From NCBI RefSeq assembly GCF_009914755.1, contig NC_060926.1: a stretch of 64,000 nt of DNA. One strand, written 5' to 3'. The position numbers and the translations under genes were made by a program. A model generated the notes under the pieces. That model had not been told where the DNA came from. It saw only the letters and a list, made by a program, of their open reading frames with translations, and searched no databases. Below, piece after piece: positions 59,538-64,000 of this stretch (positions are counted from its first letter, which is position 1; the number at the start of each line of letters is the position of its first letter). Source of the stretch: the human T2T-CHM13v2.0 reference genome, Homo sapiens.

Positions 59538-60889
59538 ATGGTGCTGCTAGGGACGTTGTGAAGCTGAAATCAGCGTGTACGTGTGGATGTGGTTTCCTGG
59601 CACACAGTCTACCTGGGAGTATTCTAATTTATTTCTGAAAGATGGAAAAATGAGCAGAATCCCGGGACCCCCACTGAGTCCCCACTTGGAGAGGGGCAGC
59701 GTCAGAGCACGGGAAAGAAAACCAAAGTCCCAGCCCTAGGAACGTCACCTTCCCATGAAAAAGCACAAACACCACAGGGGCTGAGGAGCGACGTGTCAGA
59801 GGCGGATTGTGGCCCTTCACCTGAACAAAGAGCCAACTATTTGCTAAGAAGCTTCCACCTGGAAAAGATGGGGAGGGCGCGAGGGGCTTCCTCCCCACCT
59901 GGGAGCTGTTTCTCCCTGAGACCCCTGAGAGATGAGATGTGAAGCTGTTCAAGGACAGTGACAGGGAGAGAGAAGCGGCCCACAGGCCCCACTTTCCCGT
60001 CTTCCCACCCACACAGCTCCTCCCTGGAGGACGAGGCCAGGCCCCCAGGCTGACAAGTAGACCAGGACCGGGATGGTGAGGCCCAGGAGACAGTGGAGGA
60101 GAAGCCCCTGGGCACAGATGCACTTGGGGAGGCTCCTCCCATCTTCGGGAAAGACTTATTAGTGGTTCAGTCCATCAGTTGGAGGAGGCACGTGGCCTGC
60201 TGCTGTAGACAAGTTAAAACCTGAGAGTGAGTTGAGAGCATTTGGCCTTTAGCCATCTCTGAATCACACGGCCAGATGTTAAAGCAAATCCAAGGTCATC
60301 GCTCACACTTGGCACCTGTCTCCGGCGAGTAGAGCTCAGCTCCTGCCCTTGGAGAAGTGTGGGACCCAGTCCCTGCCATAGGGGGTTCTGAGAAACCCTT
60401 GCGCTGGCTGCTTGCTGATTGTGAGGGTGCTGTGAGCGCGTCCAGCCTGATCTGGCAGCCTGGACCTCCTCGCGAGGGGACAGAGCGGGGACCACAGCTG
60501 ACCGACGGGGGAGCGGCGTGAAGACGTGGAGGGGGAAATAAGAAGCATAAACATTGAGGCTGTCCCAACCTTCCTCCTGATGGTCAGCACAGAACCTCTG
60601 GAATAGTGCGGTGGAGAGCTGGGCGAGTTTGTCTTTGGACAGAAGGCCCGAGGAAGATGCGTGTTCCCGACCTTCCTCCTCATGGTCAGCACAGAACCTC
60701 AGGACCGGTGCGGTGGAGAGCTGGGTACAGGAGGCCCGAGGAAGACACATGTTTCCTGCGCAGACAGGGCCTGGGACAACACGAAACAGCAGATGTGCAT
60801 TTTCAGGGAATATCAGCTTTTCTGTAGGACCCTCTGCGGGAGGCCGAGCAGAAGCACGGGGCTCACCTTTCAGCTTCAGACCACGGTGA

Positions 60890-61018
60890 GGGACACCTGC
60901 CCTCACAAACTCATCTTGCCCTAACTCTCTCCCAAAGGAACTGTCTCCAAATACCAGCACCTTGGGGTCACGGCTTCAACAGAGGAATTTGGTGGGGGAC
61001 ACAGTTCCATCCACTGCA
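60890..61018 (-). mobile_element. MaLR LTR fragment
   Basis: tctccaaatacc...gcttcaaca..gaatttggtgggggacaca. Confidence 0.6.
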
Positions 61019-63010
61019 GGAGGTGACGGTGCTCAGGCCGTGACTGGGCACTCAGTGTGGGTGGCTGTGTCCATCCTTCCGAGGAACCAAGACACTCCAG
61101 GGTACGTCCTGGGGAAAGGCAGCCAGGATAGGGCAGGGACTGCAGGTTTCTAGCTGGGTGAAGGGAAGATTTCAGACAGATAATAGTTTTTAAATGTTTA
61201 GAGGACTCTTGGAGAAGGTGAATTCAGCTGGCTTTGCATTTCTATGGGCGCAAAACCAGGCTGGCTGGGCGGACCCAGCAGAGCAGCAACTTCCCAGCTC
61301 CTCCAGCCATGAGAACTGACTGTACCGTGCCTCCTCCTGCAGCAAAGCAGGGCCCCTCAGTTATATTCCAGGGAGAACTGCAAATTGCTTCCCTTGCAGC
61401 GAGTTTTGGGCATGTATAATGGGTTGGCTAGTTGATTGAAGCTGTTTGTTCCAGTTGCCCTTCTCTCTCCCTGCTCTGGCATTTTACTGTTACAGAAATC
61501 TTCAGGTTGAAATTGTCATGACTCAGAACAGCAGGAACGGGTACCTGGCATCTGCCATCGGGAAGAGCAGGCCAGTTGGCTCCAGCAGGCGCTGGACTCA
61601 CAGGCTGCCGTGGAGAGGGATTCAGAGGAGGGCAGGGCTGGCCCCCTGACGATGAAGGCAACGCACTGAGCACTCTGGCAGGGCCCCCTCTGGTGTGGGG
61701 GCCCTGCCCCTCCCTCTGTGAGACCTCCTGGCTGTCCACCTGGTCCCGGCCATGCCCATGTCTTGGACCCTGTCCTCACTGGGTGCCCCCAGCGATAGTG
61801 CCTCTCACCGCCTTGCTGTGCCCCTGCCTGCCCCGCTGCCCTTGGGTTCCTCCCCCAGCTCCTCTTCCTCACGTGGGCCCCTGCCTCCCACTGGACACTT
61901 CTCTCAGGTGCCCTCCTGGCCCTTGTCACCGTCCCATGATGATCCCTCTCCCCTGCCTGTCCCCCTCTCCCAACGTGCCCCGTGACATCCCCCTCTGTGC
62001 CTCTCCAGAGCTGTGTCTCCCTGCGCCTACCTTGGGGAGGCTTGGCACTCAGTGCCAGCTGTGCGTGCCTCATCCACACATCCCATCACGCACGAGGTTC
62101 TGCCAACACTGCCTCCTGGGTGTCTCCCCAATCTGGGCGTTTTTCTTATCCTCCCAGAACCCGCCTGCCATGACCCCCTTCACCCCCAGCCTGCTCTGCC
62201 CTTGGTCTCCTTTTGCGCCTTTCAGTCTTTCCAGCAAGTGTTGCCAGATGCTTCCTGAACACAAGTCTGATCTCGCCGCCCTCTTCGCCAACCCTCCACA
62301 TCTCCTGCAGCACGGAGATGCACCACACCCTCTCCGATGCTTTCCTGGGCTCTGAGGACGGACGAGGAAGTGGTGTCCCCGTTGCCCCTTTTCTATTCCC
62401 TTCCCTCGCACGCACTGCAGTTGCTGGGCCGCTGTCCCGACTTACCGGCAAACCCTGAGCTCTGATCCCTGCAGCCAGCGCCCTGCACAGCTGGCAACAC
62501 ACAGCGCCTGGTGTGCGAAGCAGAGTCGCCTCCGTCCTGGCTGTCCAGCTCCAGCCTAGGTGCCATTAGGATCTCCCTCTGCCTCCCTCGTCCCTGCATC
62601 GTCCCCCAGGCTGGATGTGGCCCCCAGCTGCCAGCATCAGGAGAGCAGCCTGGGCCTCAGAGCAGCAGAGTGTGGCTGTTGTCCTGGCTCTGCCATGCCG
62701 GGCCGTGTCATTTTCATAGCCAGATAAGAGAATGCATGTGAACGTGCTTTGTGAATCAAGGCTGCATTTTATTGCAATGTAAACCACTCTCTGCAGGGGC
62801 GTGTGTGGTTTCATTTTAGCAAAGCTCACTGAAGTCTGTGTTCCATCCTCTGGTTTCTATCTATTCTGAATTGGGGGAACGTTACATCTGCTTCGCAAAA
62901 CAAGACTAGGAGTTCCTGGCAGGGAAGTCCTTGGTTCTAAGGAGGCAGGTGGCGTCACTGCGGGACAGAGTGTTATCTGCGTGCGATAGAAAGTCCTTCC
63001 CGCCACCACC

Positions 63011-63363
<353 letters not shown>

Positions 63364-64000
63364 TTAGTTCCTGCAATGGTGGGTTATAACTGATCATGAA
63401 GTCCTAATAGTGTGTAAACATGTCCATGAAAAAGAATTGCTGAGTTAAATCAGGTTGCCTGTTTCTTTTCCCAGTTTTTCCCTATGTACTTGTTTGATGT
63501 CTGCTGGTTGGGTTGGTGGTCAGTGGTGATAACCAGCAGACAGGTAGGAGCAGTTGCTGAGGGCTTAACACTTTGCGGGAGGGAGCACTGAGAAACTCCA
63601 CCCTCTGGCTTAGTTTGTTCTAGGGACTGGGTGACAGCGGCATTCTTCAGGCTTGGTCCAGTGATCAGAGAGACAATCCCGTGGGATCTTGGTGTCCCTC
63701 TTGCTATGAATGAGAGAAGGGTGGGGGACACACACCACCCCACACCACCACTGCACACACCTAAGCTGGGGACAGGGGCCAGCAGGTCACGGGGATCAGG
63801 CATTCTGCTGTAGAGCAGGTCAGGTCGGGAGGCATCTGATGAAGTGTCCTAGGACCCTCCTCCCTGGCTCAAGTTCACACACCCGAGAGGAGCCAGGGGC
63901 TTTTCCACCTGCCACCCACCCACCAGACCGTGTTCCTGACAGTGCCAGTTATGTCCATGCTTACAGAGTTGTGGGTGCGTGGTTTGGTGGGGTGCAGGAG

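Noticed and set aside
61576-62355. 259-aa Pro/Cys/Leu-rich ORF (also 58349-58951, 60214-60960, 33349-33960)
   Set aside because: GC-rich intronic sequence with no recognisable domain and several overlapping open frames, consistent with chance

Overview
Primate (human or great-ape-like) genomic DNA with the RPS7-COLEC11 gene order known from human 2p25.3. It holds the complete RPS7 gene (+ strand, 7 exons, spliced CDS 585 nt = 194 aa + stop) and the 5' half of COLEC11 (+ strand). The COLEC11 part comprises non-coding exon 1, the signal-peptide exon, the first collagen exon and three candidate alternative exons; the remaining exons lie beyond the window. The rest is repeat-rich: about 27 Alus, two antisense SVAs, two old L1s, hAT and mariner fossils, MaLR LTRs, several VNTRs and a processed TMSB4X copy with an intact ORF. 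Most notable observations: (1) a ~216-bp palindrome made of two inverted ERV-LTR 5' ends with a perfect 6-bp target-site duplication (TSD); (2) degenerate U17/SNORA73-like snoRNA relics in RPS7 intron 6; (3) an SVA carrying a ~550-bp 3' transduction; (4) an in-frame L1-ORF2/thymosin-beta4 chimeric ORF; (5) a dual-frame COLEC11 cassette exon; (6) a 16-copy E-box VNTR ahead of an alternative COLEC11 first exon; (7) a retroposed 23-nt tRNA-Glu 5' fragment. Repeat subfamily names and isoform identities come from recalled consensus sequences, not from searches.
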